Of a stretch of DNA of 61,814 nt, positions 38,257 to 47,666 are shown piece by piece (position 1 is the stretch's first letter; every line of letters starts with the position of its first letter). The notes under the pieces are model-generated. The model made no database searches. It was not told where the DNA came from and saw nothing but the letters and a program-made list of their open reading frames with translations. A program made the translations under genes and the position numbers. Source of the stretch: Butyrivibrio sp. (GTDB lineage Bacteria; Bacillota; Clostridia; Lachnospirales; Lachnospiraceae); assembly GCA_024697425.1 (NCBI GenBank), contig JAILFT010000125.1:1-61814 (forward strand), read 5' to 3'.

Positions 38257-39072
38257 ATGAGTATAGGTACAAATATAAAAGCTCTGAGAGAGGAGCGGAA
38301 GCTTACACAGGATAGGGTGGCTGAGGCGCTGGGGGTCACCTTTCAGGCGGTTTCTTCCTGGGAGAGGGACGAGTACAAGCCTGACACCGATAAACTGATC
38401 AAGCTCGCAGAACTTTTTGATGTTTCGGTCTCTGCCATAGCAGAGGAAAGACAGAAGGCGTTCCACACGAAAGAGACCATATACAACTGGGAACACATGA
38501 AGACCTACGTTAAGACGACGGCAAGGAACTTTAAGCTTGAGGATACCTTAAGATCCGTGGACTATGCTGAGGAAGCCCACCGGGGCCAGACCAGAAAGCG
38601 TTCTGACGTTCCTTACATCTATCATCCGCTGAACCTTGCCTGTCACGCGCTTTCCATGGGCATCATTGAGGACGATGTTATCGCGGCATGCCTGCTCCAC
38701 GATGTGGTAGAGGACTGCGACAAAACGCTTGAGGAACTTCCGGTAAGTGATGGGACCAAAGAACTGGTAAGGCTGCTTACAAAAAAGGAATCCAATGAGG
38801 AAAACAGGAAAGAAACGCTGGATGCTTATTTTAACGACATCGCTAAAAACCCTAAAGCAACTCTGATAAAATGCCTGGACAGATGCAACAATCTTACCAC
38901 CATGTCCTGGGGACTTAGCAGAGACAGGATCTACAGGACCATAAAAGAGACTGAGGAATACTTCCCGCCGCTGATAAAAGTGCTGAAGGGCACCACGGCA
39001 TACGGGAACGCTTCCTGGCTCTTAAAATACCAGATGGAAAGCATGCTGGATATATACAAAAGGCTTATGTAA
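38257..39072 (+). CDS. XRE-family HTH fused to a RelA/SpoT-type HD hydrolase (Mesh1/SAH-like)
   Basis: N-terminal LTQDRVAEALGVTFQAVSSWE. C-terminal AH.GQ.RK, PYIYHP, LLHDVVED, LLTK and K..DR..N. Confidence 0.88.
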   Translation: MSIGTNIKALREERKLTQDRVAEALGVTFQAVSSWERDEYKPDTDKLIKLAELFDVSVSAIAEERQKAFHTKETIYNWEHMKTYVKTTARNFKLEDTLRSVDYAEEAHRGQTRKRSDVPYIYHPLNLACHALSMGIIEDDVIAACLLHDVVEDCDKTLEELPVSDGTKELVRLLTKKESNEENRKETLDAYFNDIAKNPKATLIKCLDRCNNLTTMSWGLSRDRIYRTIKETEEYFPPLIKVLKGTTAYGNASWLLKYQMESMLDIYKRLM

Positions 39073-39074
39073 AT

Positions 39075-39854
39075 ATGAAGAAACTGTTCACACCCAAGAT
39101 AAGGATCATATGGCTGATTCTTTTTATTATGTGCCTTGGATACTCGCTTATGGTGTATCTGGTGGGCAGCGGCACTTTTTCATTCACAATCTGGCTTGCG
39201 GGAGCTGTGTTTTTTGCCCTGTGCTATTTTCTTGCAGGGGAAAAGAGATGGCGCAGTATCCCAAAAGCTCTCAGATACGCTGCGTATATCGTGCTGGCTG
39301 TCATTACTGCAATATTTGTGATATGCCAGGGGGCTATTTTATCTCACTTTTTCGACAAAGGAGAGCCTGATCTTGATTATGTCATCGTTTTGGGAGCACA
39401 GATGCGGGAGAGCGGGCCAAGCGTCATTTATCGCTACAGACTTGAGAAGGCATACCAATACTTGACGGAGAATCCCGATACAATCTGCATTACAACGGGA
39501 GGCGTCGGTGTAAATGAGAATATCAGCGAGGGAATGGGTGGAAAAAAGTACCTGGTTTCCCTGGGGATTCCTGAAAGCCGTATACTTGCTGAAGAAACCT
39601 CAAAAGATACCGGGGAGAATATACAGAATGCGTTATTGCTGATTGAGGCAGACGGGGCAGAAGAGGATGATTTTTCAATCGGTATTGTAACCAATGGATT
39701 TCATGTATTCCGGGGAGTACAGATTGCAAGAAAAAACACAAACGCCAGAGTATGCGGGATTGCAGCGTATATGCAGCCCAGATTTATTCCGAACAACATG
39801 GTTCGGGAGTGTTTCGGGATAATAAGAGATCTGATAACAGGAGAGCTTTTTTGA
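39075..39854 (+). CDS. YdcF/DUF218 (ElyC/SanA) family membrane protein
   Basis: N-terminal TMs, IVLGA, TGG, SE, SKDTGEN and VTNGFHVFR. Confidence 0.88.
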   Translation: MKKLFTPKIRIIWLILFIMCLGYSLMVYLVGSGTFSFTIWLAGAVFFALCYFLAGEKRWRSIPKALRYAAYIVLAVITAIFVICQGAILSHFFDKGEPDLDYVIVLGAQMRESGPSVIYRYRLEKAYQYLTENPDTICITTGGVGVNENISEGMGGKKYLVSLGIPESRILAEETSKDTGENIQNALLLIEADGAEEDDFSIGIVTNGFHVFRGVQIARKNTNARVCGIAAYMQPRFIPNNMVRECFGIIRDLITGELF

Positions 39855-39865
39855 GGATATAGGAT

Positions 39866-40456
39866 ATGTGCGCCAGATACGTATTTTGGGACAGAAACGC
39901 AATAAAAGTTGAAGCTGAGCTGGGGCTGGAACCCGGCTCATTAAGTATGCCGCAGGGAGATGTCTGCCCGGGTATGTCGGCGGCTGTCATAATTCCTCAG
40001 CGGGGTGACAGTTCTTTTCCACTGACAGTAAGATATATGAACTGGGGCATATTGGACAAGTCACTGGTTATAAATGCTCGGGCGGAGTCGGTATCTGAAA
40101 AGCCGATGTTTGCTGAGAGTTTTGAGTACAGACGATGCGTAATGCCTGCGGGGGCGTTCTATGAATGGGACAGAGACCGGAATAAGGCTACATTTTACGA
40201 TATGGACAAAGATCCGGTTTATCTGGCGGGAGTATATACTTTATCCGATAATCGCGACAGCTTCGTGGTTATCACAACAAAGGCCAATGAGTCCATGATA
40301 AAGGTTCATGATCGTATGCCGCTAATGATTCCTGCGGATTCCGTGAAGGACTGGCTATATGATGATGGTGTGGCCAGACAGATGCTGCTTGCCAAAATGC
40401 CACAGTTACTCAAAGAGCAGGAATATGAGCAGATGAAACTGCCGGGGTGTGAGTAG
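39866..40456 (+). CDS. SRAP family (YedK/HMCES-like) abasic-site protein
   Basis: N-terminal MCARY (Cys2), INARAES, RRC, FYEW and HDRMP. Confidence 0.92.
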   Translation: MCARYVFWDRNAIKVEAELGLEPGSLSMPQGDVCPGMSAAVIIPQRGDSSFPLTVRYMNWGILDKSLVINARAESVSEKPMFAESFEYRRCVMPAGAFYEWDRDRNKATFYDMDKDPVYLAGVYTLSDNRDSFVVITTKANESMIKVHDRMPLMIPADSVKDWLYDDGVARQMLLAKMPQLLKEQEYEQMKLPGCE

Positions 40457-40588
40457 GAAGCAGTATTTTGCTTCAGGAGAAAAATAGGCACCGATTTATT
40501 GCGAAGCTTACTATATATCGCGCAGAGCCTCTTTCATATAATGTAATCAGATAACAGGAGATGACATTTTAGAAAGGTGGTGATGGTC

Positions 40589-40804
40589 ATGTTATCAATT
40601 TTATTCTTTGTTTTATTCATGATGGTTTTCGGAAAAATGATCGGCTTCGCCATCAGATTTACCTGGGGCGCATTTAAGATTGCTATGTTTTTGCTGTTCC
40701 TTCCGCTGACACTGATATTCATGGCACTTGGCGGACTGATCTATATAGCATTGCCGATACTTATTATTGCAGGGGTAGTAAGTCTCTTCGCAAAAGCAGT
40801 ATAA
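40589..40804 (+). CDS. Small membrane protein
   Basis: Almost wholly hydrophobic 71 aa; RBS AAAGGTGGTG. Confidence 0.7.
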   Translation: MLSILFFVLFMMVFGKMIGFAIRFTWGAFKIAMFLLFLPLTLIFMALGGLIYIALPILIIAGVVSLFAKAV

Positions 40805-40836
40805 TATTATAAAAACTGCAAAGGCGGAAACACTCC

Positions 40837-41331
40837 ATGAAAAAAATATGGGCAATAACAATGACAACTATACTACTGGCGCTTTCACTTACAGCATGTG
40901 GAGGCGCCGGTAGTTCTGCGTCCGGAAAAGCCGGAAATTATATCGGTACATGGGCAGAGGAGTCTTCCGAGCGCGTTATCATGATGGTCAGAGAATCCGA
41001 GGATATGGAAGGATACTACGACATAGTTGTAACCTGGCGCGAAGATCTTCCTCAGAAGGATACCTATTTCATGCATGGCAGGCTTGAAGATGACGGAACC
41101 CTTACTTATACGGATTGTATGTATGTTATCCGTTATTACGAGGATGACGAGACCTATTCTGACGAAGTGGAATATATCAACGGATCCGGTGTGATCTCCT
41201 ATGATGACAAAACCATCTCCTGGACGGAGAGGGACGGTGAGACAGATGAGGTAACCTCAACAAAGTTTATAAAAGCAGATGATCTTACCATAGAATGGCC
41301 ATCTACAGAGATTGTTGTTTCGAACGAGTGA
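40837..41331 (+). CDS. Acidic lipoprotein of unknown function
   Basis: Signal peptide with lipobox LTAC. Confidence 0.75.
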   Translation: MKKIWAITMTTILLALSLTACGGAGSSASGKAGNYIGTWAEESSERVIMMVRESEDMEGYYDIVVTWREDLPQKDTYFMHGRLEDDGTLTYTDCMYVIRYYEDDETYSDEVEYINGSGVISYDDKTISWTERDGETDEVTSTKFIKADDLTIEWPSTEIVVSNE

Positions 41332-41346
41332 GAAAACAGAACTAAT

Positions 41347-41362
41347 TATATATAACATATAT
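41347..41362. repeat. Distal copy of an origin-region motif, TATATATAACATATAT
   Basis: Exact 16-bp match to 570-585; intergenic but low complexity. Confidence 0.45.
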
Positions 41363-41383
41363 AAAATATAGAACAGGATTTTT

Positions 41384-42151
41384 ATGGAATATATCTACGA
41401 AACACATCTTCATACAGTCGAAGCCAGTGCTTGCGCAAGCATGCCGGGGGAGGAGTATCCGGCATATATGAAGAGCCTTGGCTACTCGGGTATAGTTGTT
41501 ACCGATCACTTTTTTACGGGCAACAGCTGTGTTCCGAGGAATCTTCCCTGGGAAAAGAGAATAGAACAGTACTGCTCAGGATATGACCATGTCAAGGCTG
41601 CGGCGGGACTTGATTTTACTGTACTTTTTGGGATAGAGTATAACTTCCAGGGGGATGAATTTCTTTTATATGGTGTAACGAGACAGTGGCTTTTAGACAA
41701 TCCGGATATTGAGTCGTTTAGCCGAAGGCAGCTGTATGAATCGGTGCACGGAGTCGGAGGCATCATGATCCATGCGCACCCATACAGGGAGAGAGGGTAT
41801 CTTTCCGCGATTCACTTAACTCCCGATGTCAGCGACGGCATTGAGGTATATAATGCCGCAAACCCGGACTGGCAGAATGCTTTGGGGTATGAGTATGCGC
41901 TGGAACAAGGCTTTCTGATGTCAGGAGGATCGGATATTCACAACTACTCTCTTAATAACATGGGCGGAATGAGTTTTCCTTATCCCATACATACAATAGA
42001 AGAATTTGTTAAGGGTTTTATGGCCGGAGACGGAACTCCGGTTTTCAGAAGGGATGTTCATGATAGCAGTACATCTTTCAGACCGGTTACAGAAGAACGT
42101 GATCTGATGGTAACAACGACCGAGCCTAATCTTGAAGTAATCTGGCACTGA
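41384..42151 (+). CDS. PHP domain phosphoesterase
   Basis: HLHT, TDH, GIE, HAHP and GSDIH. Confidence 0.88.
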   Translation: MEYIYETHLHTVEASACASMPGEEYPAYMKSLGYSGIVVTDHFFTGNSCVPRNLPWEKRIEQYCSGYDHVKAAAGLDFTVLFGIEYNFQGDEFLLYGVTRQWLLDNPDIESFSRRQLYESVHGVGGIMIHAHPYRERGYLSAIHLTPDVSDGIEVYNAANPDWQNALGYEYALEQGFLMSGGSDIHNYSLNNMGGMSFPYPIHTIEEFVKGFMAGDGTPVFRRDVHDSSTSFRPVTEERDLMVTTTEPNLEVIWH

Positions 42152-42225
42152 AGAAGCCGGTAATTGCATAAATTAATGGAAATTTTATGACAATTTAGGC
42201 GCACAGGTATTATTATTATTAGTGT

Positions 42226-44139
42226 ATGGAAACTCTGATTAGTACGTCTTATACCCCAGTTGGGGATATACTGGTAATTGCAATCATAGGTATCTTCGTG
42301 ATACTTATTCGTGCTGCGTATATAAAGCCCAGTAAGGAGTTTCGCCTTTTTAAGTGGATATTGGTTGTGCTGACATTGGCGGCATATACGAATATCGTGT
42401 ATCATCTTGCTTTGTCTAATTTCGATCACATTCCCGCAATAGTACCGTATGCTCTGCGTTTTTTGTATCACCAGTGTCTTTTTATCAATCTGGAGTGCTA
42501 CATTTTCTATATAGAATATACGATGCAGCTGCTTCCGTCAGAGCAGAAGGCGTTTCCTTTAGCCGGACTTTTTGGCCTTATAGGCTTTGGGGTAATTGAT
42601 ATTCTCGGAACTGTTTTTGGCTTCGGATTCCGTATTACAGATGATTTCAGAATCACATCCCAGGTTAATCTGTTCCTTATAGAATACCTTTTCTTTGTTG
42701 GTATTGCTTTGTTCATGATCGTTAAATTCAGGGACCGGGTGTATAAACCTATTATCGGGGCCTTTATTTTGACCATAGCCATTGCTCTGATACTTATGTA
42801 TATTCAGGGTTTGTTTAATCAGCAGTCCTTCACCACGTCGACCTTTGTCTTCCCTGCGCTTTCGGTTCTTTATCTGCTTCACTCGAACCCCTATGACCTT
42901 GAAATGGGGTCTCTTAAGCTGGATTCCTTTGAATCAGATCTTCAGCACAGGATCCAGGCAGGAAAAAAGTTTGCTATTTTAAGCATTCTGCTTCATGAAT
43001 TTGAAGCAGCGGGACATAAATATCCCAAAGAAATGCGGGATATTATCAGATCATATGTAGAGGGATATTTTAATGGTGCGGCCCTTTTCCAGATAACGGG
43101 CGGTCGTATGGAGATGGTGGTAGATCTTGATCTTAATCCGGATTATAAGGAGAGAACGAAACAGATTCTTGATGTCTTCCACGATCATTACAATCTATAC
43201 AAATATGATTACAAGATAATTATAGTCAGAAGCGAAGACGGGATAACAAATCCCGACGATTACATAGCACTGATCCAATATGTCGAAAACAGAATGCCGG
43301 AAAATCAGATTAAATATGTTGATGAGGATATTCTGAACAAGTTTTCCAGTCACAAATATATTGTAGACGAGCTAAACGACATTAATGAAAAGCAGGATCT
43401 GAATGATGACAGAGTCCTGGTATATTGTCAGCCTGTCTATAATTTAAGGACCGGCCGCTATGATACGGCGGAAGCGCTGATGAGGCTTACTCTTCCTCAA
43501 ACAGGAATGGTTTATCCGGACAGGTTTATTCCGATTGCGGAGAAACACAACTGCATTCATATGCTGTCCCTTATTATTCTGGCAAAAACCTGCAAGCAGA
43601 TTCGGAAGATGCTCAATGAAGGCTACGTGATCAAGCGAATCTCAGTGAATTTCTCCATCCTTGATATCAGGGAAAAAGAGTTCTCGCAAAATGTTCAGCG
43701 TATTGTAAATGATTGCGGCATTCCTATGGACAAAATTGCCATAGAGATCACAGAAAGCCAGAATCAGAAGGATTTTGATGCTGTTAAAGAGACCTTCAGG
43801 CAGCTTAAGAGCAGTGGTATCACCTTCTATCTCGATGATTTTGGTACGGGATATTCCAATTTTGAGAGGATTATGGAGCTTCCATTTGATATAATCAAGT
43901 TTGACCGGTCTTTGGTGATGGCCAGCAGGAGCGATTCCAAGTCGGAGACCATGGTGTCATATCTGGCCCATATGTTTACTGATATGAACTACTCTGTGCT
44001 CTACGAGGGCATAGAGTATGAGGAGGATGAAAAACTCTGTACGCAGATGTATGCCCGATACCTCCAGGGGTATAAATACGCCAAGCCCATTCCGATTCAG
44101 GAGCTTGATAAGTATTTTGTGAAGGCATCGCATGTATAG
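42226..44139 (+). CDS. Membrane-anchored EAL c-di-GMP phosphodiesterase with a degenerate GGDEF
   Basis: About 7 TM segments at the N-terminus. QP, EALMR, SVN, EITE, DDFGTGYS, EGIE and QGY are intact. The GGDEF position reads GGRME. Confidence 0.88.
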   Translation: METLISTSYTPVGDILVIAIIGIFVILIRAAYIKPSKEFRLFKWILVVLTLAAYTNIVYHLALSNFDHIPAIVPYALRFLYHQCLFINLECYIFYIEYTMQLLPSEQKAFPLAGLFGLIGFGVIDILGTVFGFGFRITDDFRITSQVNLFLIEYLFFVGIALFMIVKFRDRVYKPIIGAFILTIAIALILMYIQGLFNQQSFTTSTFVFPALSVLYLLHSNPYDLEMGSLKLDSFESDLQHRIQAGKKFAILSILLHEFEAAGHKYPKEMRDIIRSYVEGYFNGAALFQITGGRMEMVVDLDLNPDYKERTKQILDVFHDHYNLYKYDYKIIIVRSEDGITNPDDYIALIQYVENRMPENQIKYVDEDILNKFSSHKYIVDELNDINEKQDLNDDRVLVYCQPVYNLRTGRYDTAEALMRLTLPQTGMVYPDRFIPIAEKHNCIHMLSLIILAKTCKQIRKMLNEGYVIKRISVNFSILDIREKEFSQNVQRIVNDCGIPMDKIAIEITESQNQKDFDAVKETFRQLKSSGITFYLDDFGTGYSNFERIMELPFDIIKFDRSLVMASRSDSKSETMVSYLAHMFTDMNYSVLYEGIEYEEDEKLCTQMYARYLQGYKYAKPIPIQELDKYFVKASHV

Positions 44140-44156
44140 ACAAGAAAATAGGCAAA

Positions 44157-44987
44157 ATGAGTGTAGAAGCATATATTAACCCGGATTTTACCTGGTACAA
44201 AAAGCTCTTTTTCCTTCTGATCACGTATCTGCTTATCAGCATTTGTATCCTTATAATTGCGGGTGTGGAAAGGGTCATGGTGAAGGACCATGGGAGAAAA
44301 AGAGGCTGCGACGAAGTCTATAAAGACAGGCTGAACGATCAAATACAAAGGTTTATGGAGATGATTATTTCGGGAACGTCAGTAATGATGTTCTCCTGTT
44401 CGTATGTCGTGGTGAATCATATTTGTACACTGGTTGGCAGCGGAGCAGCGGGAAAAGCTCCCGAAGCACTTCAGATGCTGGCTGCAGCCTGGAGTGAAGG
44501 CAAGGATTTTATTCTTTTGCTCATGATAGTGATCTCCTGCGTTGTTAATTCAATATTGGATCATTTCCTTATCCCCTTAAGCAGGCTGACCAAAGAAGAA
44601 AAAGCCACTATGAGGATGCTGGGCATGTTCTACGTTATAGTAATCCTTATATATCTGAACACCATAGGTGATGAGAGCCAATATGGCCCCGTTATGATGT
44701 ATTATTTCGGATTAATGGTCGGAAGATTCGTTTATTTTGACGCAAGCTTCATGGACTTCGCATATAATCTCAAGAACGTATTTTTTAACCTGCCGTTTTT
44801 ACTTATGACTTTGATGCTGACGGGAATCCTGGGCCTTACCGGTTTTAAGATGGGCTTTTTCCTGGAGCGAAACTATTACATTGTCGGAATATTCTACACG
44901 CATCTGTTTATGTTGGTGTGTGTATTTATAATCTATTGGGTTTTCAGGTTTATATACAGGGGGAAACCAAGGGAAGATGGAGAATAA
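44157..44987 (+). CDS. Hypothetical polytopic membrane protein
   Basis: About 7 hydrophobic segments; overlaps the next gene. Confidence 0.75.
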   Translation: MSVEAYINPDFTWYKKLFFLLITYLLISICILIIAGVERVMVKDHGRKRGCDEVYKDRLNDQIQRFMEMIISGTSVMMFSCSYVVVNHICTLVGSGAAGKAPEALQMLAAAWSEGKDFILLLMIVISCVVNSILDHFLIPLSRLTKEEKATMRMLGMFYVIVILIYLNTIGDESQYGPVMMYYFGLMVGRFVYFDASFMDFAYNLKNVFFNLPFLLMTLMLTGILGLTGFKMGFFLERNYYIVGIFYTHLFMLVCVFIIYWVFRFIYRGKPREDGE

Positions 44988-47013
44988 GCAGCGAGTATCC
45001 ATTAAAGCACAGATTAGAATAGCCTTTATAGGCGTGGTTGCGCTGGCACTGGTGATCACTACCATGGTGGCTGTTGTAAGTATGCTGCGAATCAGGCAGG
45101 ATGCTTCTGATGTGCTTAAAACCCGTATGGAAAATAATCTGACCAATATGGTCACAACCAAGGCAGAAGTGGCAAACGCTGAGTTGCAGCGCTATACAGG
45201 TTATGCCAACATGCTTGCTGATTATCTTCATATGTTGTACATGAGTCCGGAGGATTACCCTCCGTACGAGGTTTTGCCTCCTTCTAAGGCAGATGCGGAT
45301 CAATTCGTAATGAAAAGATACATCGCCAGCGAGGATATATCTTATGAGAGCCTGAAGGAAGAGTGTGATCTCCTTGGTAATGCAGACGACGTGTTCAAGC
45401 CGATAGCTATGGAAAATGAAGATGAGATAGTGGCCATTTTCTACAGCACAGAGACGGGACTGCAGATATCTTACGACAAGGATTCAGAAGTGACGGCCCA
45501 TGAGGACCGGTCAGAGGTTTATTTCAACTATTTCGAGCGCCCCTGGTACAAAATGTGTAAGGAAAGGCAGGAGGTCTGCTTTACCGACGTATATGAAGAT
45601 ACCTATGGCAGAGGATATATGATTACCTGCGTGGCTCCGGTCTATGACGGAAACGGTGCATTTGCGGGCGTTGTAGCCATGGATATGATGATTGACCACG
45701 TCTACAACGTGCTTATAGATTTTGATATCCTTGAAGGCCGCAGTGACTATGCTTTCCTTGTAGACGGCACAGGCCGCGCGGTTTCTCCATTGTACAAAGA
45801 CAGCAATATTAAAAATGACCCCGAAATTGGAGAGGAGATCTGCGAGAAGATCCTTGGACCGGAAATCGGTGTCTCTTTTTCAGAAACTTCAGGAGCATAT
45901 TATGCTTATGCGCCTATTAAAGCGGTAAACTGGAATTTGTGCTTGCATGTGCCTGAGGAAATGGTGCTTCAGCCGGTGGAGGACATGAGTATCAAGATCA
46001 AATCATCTGTGCTGATGTTTCTGGCAATATTTGCTTTTATCACACTCCTTAGCCTTACTGCTGCGGGCGCATTATCTTCCGGCTTGATAAAGCCTCTTTT
46101 AAACCTTAAAAAGGACGCGGCTGTGATCAGTAGCGGAAATCTGGATCATGTAGCCAAGATTTATCAGAATGACGAGATAGGTGACCTGGCAGTAAGCTTC
46201 AATAACATGGCTGTTTCTCTCAAGGATTATATTGCAAATCTGACAGAGGTTACTGCCGAGAGAGAGAGGATCGGAGCGGAGCTTAATGTAGCCACTCAGA
46301 TCCAGGCAGATATGCTTCCCACCAATTTTCCGCCTTTTCCGGATAAAAAAGAGTTCGAGCTTTACGCCACAATGGATCCTGCCAAGGAAGTGGGCGGTGA
46401 CTTTTATGACTTTTTCTTCATTGACGATACACATTTGTGTCTCGTAATGGCTGATGTTTCCGGTAAGGGTGTGCCGGCAGCTCTTTTCATGGTGATCGCA
46501 AAGACGCTGATCAAGCACAGGGCTATACTGGACGGAACTCCTTCCGAAATACTCGAATATGTAAATGAGCAGCTCTGCGAGGGCAATGAGGCTGATCTGT
46601 TTGTGACGGTATGGCTGGCGGTTCTGAATATCAAGACAGGAAAGGGAGTGGCTGCAAATGCCGGCCACGAGCACCCTGTACTGATGAGGGCCGGTGGAGA
46701 CTTTGAACTTGTGGAGTATCGCCATTCTCCTGCGGTTGCTACTATGGAAGGGATGAAATTCAGACAGCATGAATTTGAACTTCACCCGGGAGACCGCCTG
46801 TTTGTCTATACTGACGGTGTTCCGGAGGCGACAGATTCAAGTAATGAGCTGTTCGGCAATGAGCGTATGCTCTACGTGCTTAACAATAACAAGGATTCTT
46901 CGGTTTATGATCTTCTGAAAAACATGAAGAGCTCGATAGACGGATTCGTCGGCGAGGCACCACAGTTTGACGATATCACCATGCTTGTGTTAAATTATTA
47001 CGGCGAGCGTTAA
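44977..47013 (+). CDS. Cache-HAMP-SpoIIE (PP2C/RsbU-like) phosphatase
   Basis: RPWY/TDVYED Cache, DEIGDL HAMP, VGGDFYD, DVSGKG, YTDG and DDIT. Confidence 0.92.
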   Translation: MENKQRVSIKAQIRIAFIGVVALALVITTMVAVVSMLRIRQDASDVLKTRMENNLTNMVTTKAEVANAELQRYTGYANMLADYLHMLYMSPEDYPPYEVLPPSKADADQFVMKRYIASEDISYESLKEECDLLGNADDVFKPIAMENEDEIVAIFYSTETGLQISYDKDSEVTAHEDRSEVYFNYFERPWYKMCKERQEVCFTDVYEDTYGRGYMITCVAPVYDGNGAFAGVVAMDMMIDHVYNVLIDFDILEGRSDYAFLVDGTGRAVSPLYKDSNIKNDPEIGEEICEKILGPEIGVSFSETSGAYYAYAPIKAVNWNLCLHVPEEMVLQPVEDMSIKIKSSVLMFLAIFAFITLLSLTAAGALSSGLIKPLLNLKKDAAVISSGNLDHVAKIYQNDEIGDLAVSFNNMAVSLKDYIANLTEVTAERERIGAELNVATQIQADMLPTNFPPFPDKKEFELYATMDPAKEVGGDFYDFFFIDDTHLCLVMADVSGKGVPAALFMVIAKTLIKHRAILDGTPSEILEYVNEQLCEGNEADLFVTVWLAVLNIKTGKGVAANAGHEHPVLMRAGGDFELVEYRHSPAVATMEGMKFRQHEFELHPGDRLFVYTDGVPEATDSSNELFGNERMLYVLNNNKDSSVYDLLKNMKSSIDGFVGEAPQFDDITMLVLNYYGER

Positions 47014-47041
47014 CTGATTTTTTTTGGAGGATTTACTTACA

Positions 47042-47635
47042 ATGAAAAATGAAATGGATTTTGATAATAACGAAGAAATGACAAGCTGCTGCGGTGGCGA
47101 GAACAGCGAAGGCTGCTGTGGCTCCGACGGTTGCGGATGTGATGAGGAAGGCTGCGGAGCAGGCGGTTGCGGTGGATGCTCAGGCTGCCATTCAGCTCCC
47201 GTTATAGAGGGTAAGAATGTTGGAAAGATTGCCCGTGTACATTACAAGGGAACTTTCAATGACGGTACACAGTTTGATTCATCCTATGACAGGAATGCTC
47301 CTCTGGAGTTTGTATGCGGCGCAGGCATGATGATCCTTGGATTTGACAAGGCTGTAGCCAACATGGAAGTTGGAGAAACCCTTGATGTCCATCTTATGCC
47401 CGAGGAAGCTTATGGTGAGGTTGATCCCAGAGCAGTGCTTACAATGCAAATAACAGAGCTCCCCGGTTCAGAGGAGCTCGAAGTAGGCGAAAGAGTAGCT
47501 CTTCAGGATATGTACGGAAGACCATTCCCCTGCACAGTAGCTGCTAAGGATGATACCACCATCACCTTTGATGCGAACCATGAACTGGCAGGAAAAGAGC
47601 TGAACTTTACTATTGAGTTATTGGAAATCAAGTGA
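47042..47635 (+). CDS. SlyD-like FKBP peptidyl-prolyl isomerase with a Cys/Gly-rich N-terminal extension
   Basis: VHYKG, FDSS, PEEAYG and DANHELAGKELNF; 10 Cys in the first ~50 aa. Confidence 0.9.
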   Translation: MKNEMDFDNNEEMTSCCGGENSEGCCGSDGCGCDEEGCGAGGCGGCSGCHSAPVIEGKNVGKIARVHYKGTFNDGTQFDSSYDRNAPLEFVCGAGMMILGFDKAVANMEVGETLDVHLMPEEAYGEVDPRAVLTMQITELPGSEELEVGERVALQDMYGRPFPCTVAAKDDTTITFDANHELAGKELNFTIELLEIK

Positions 47636-47666
47636 TATTTAATTAAATATGTTACGTTTGTATTGC

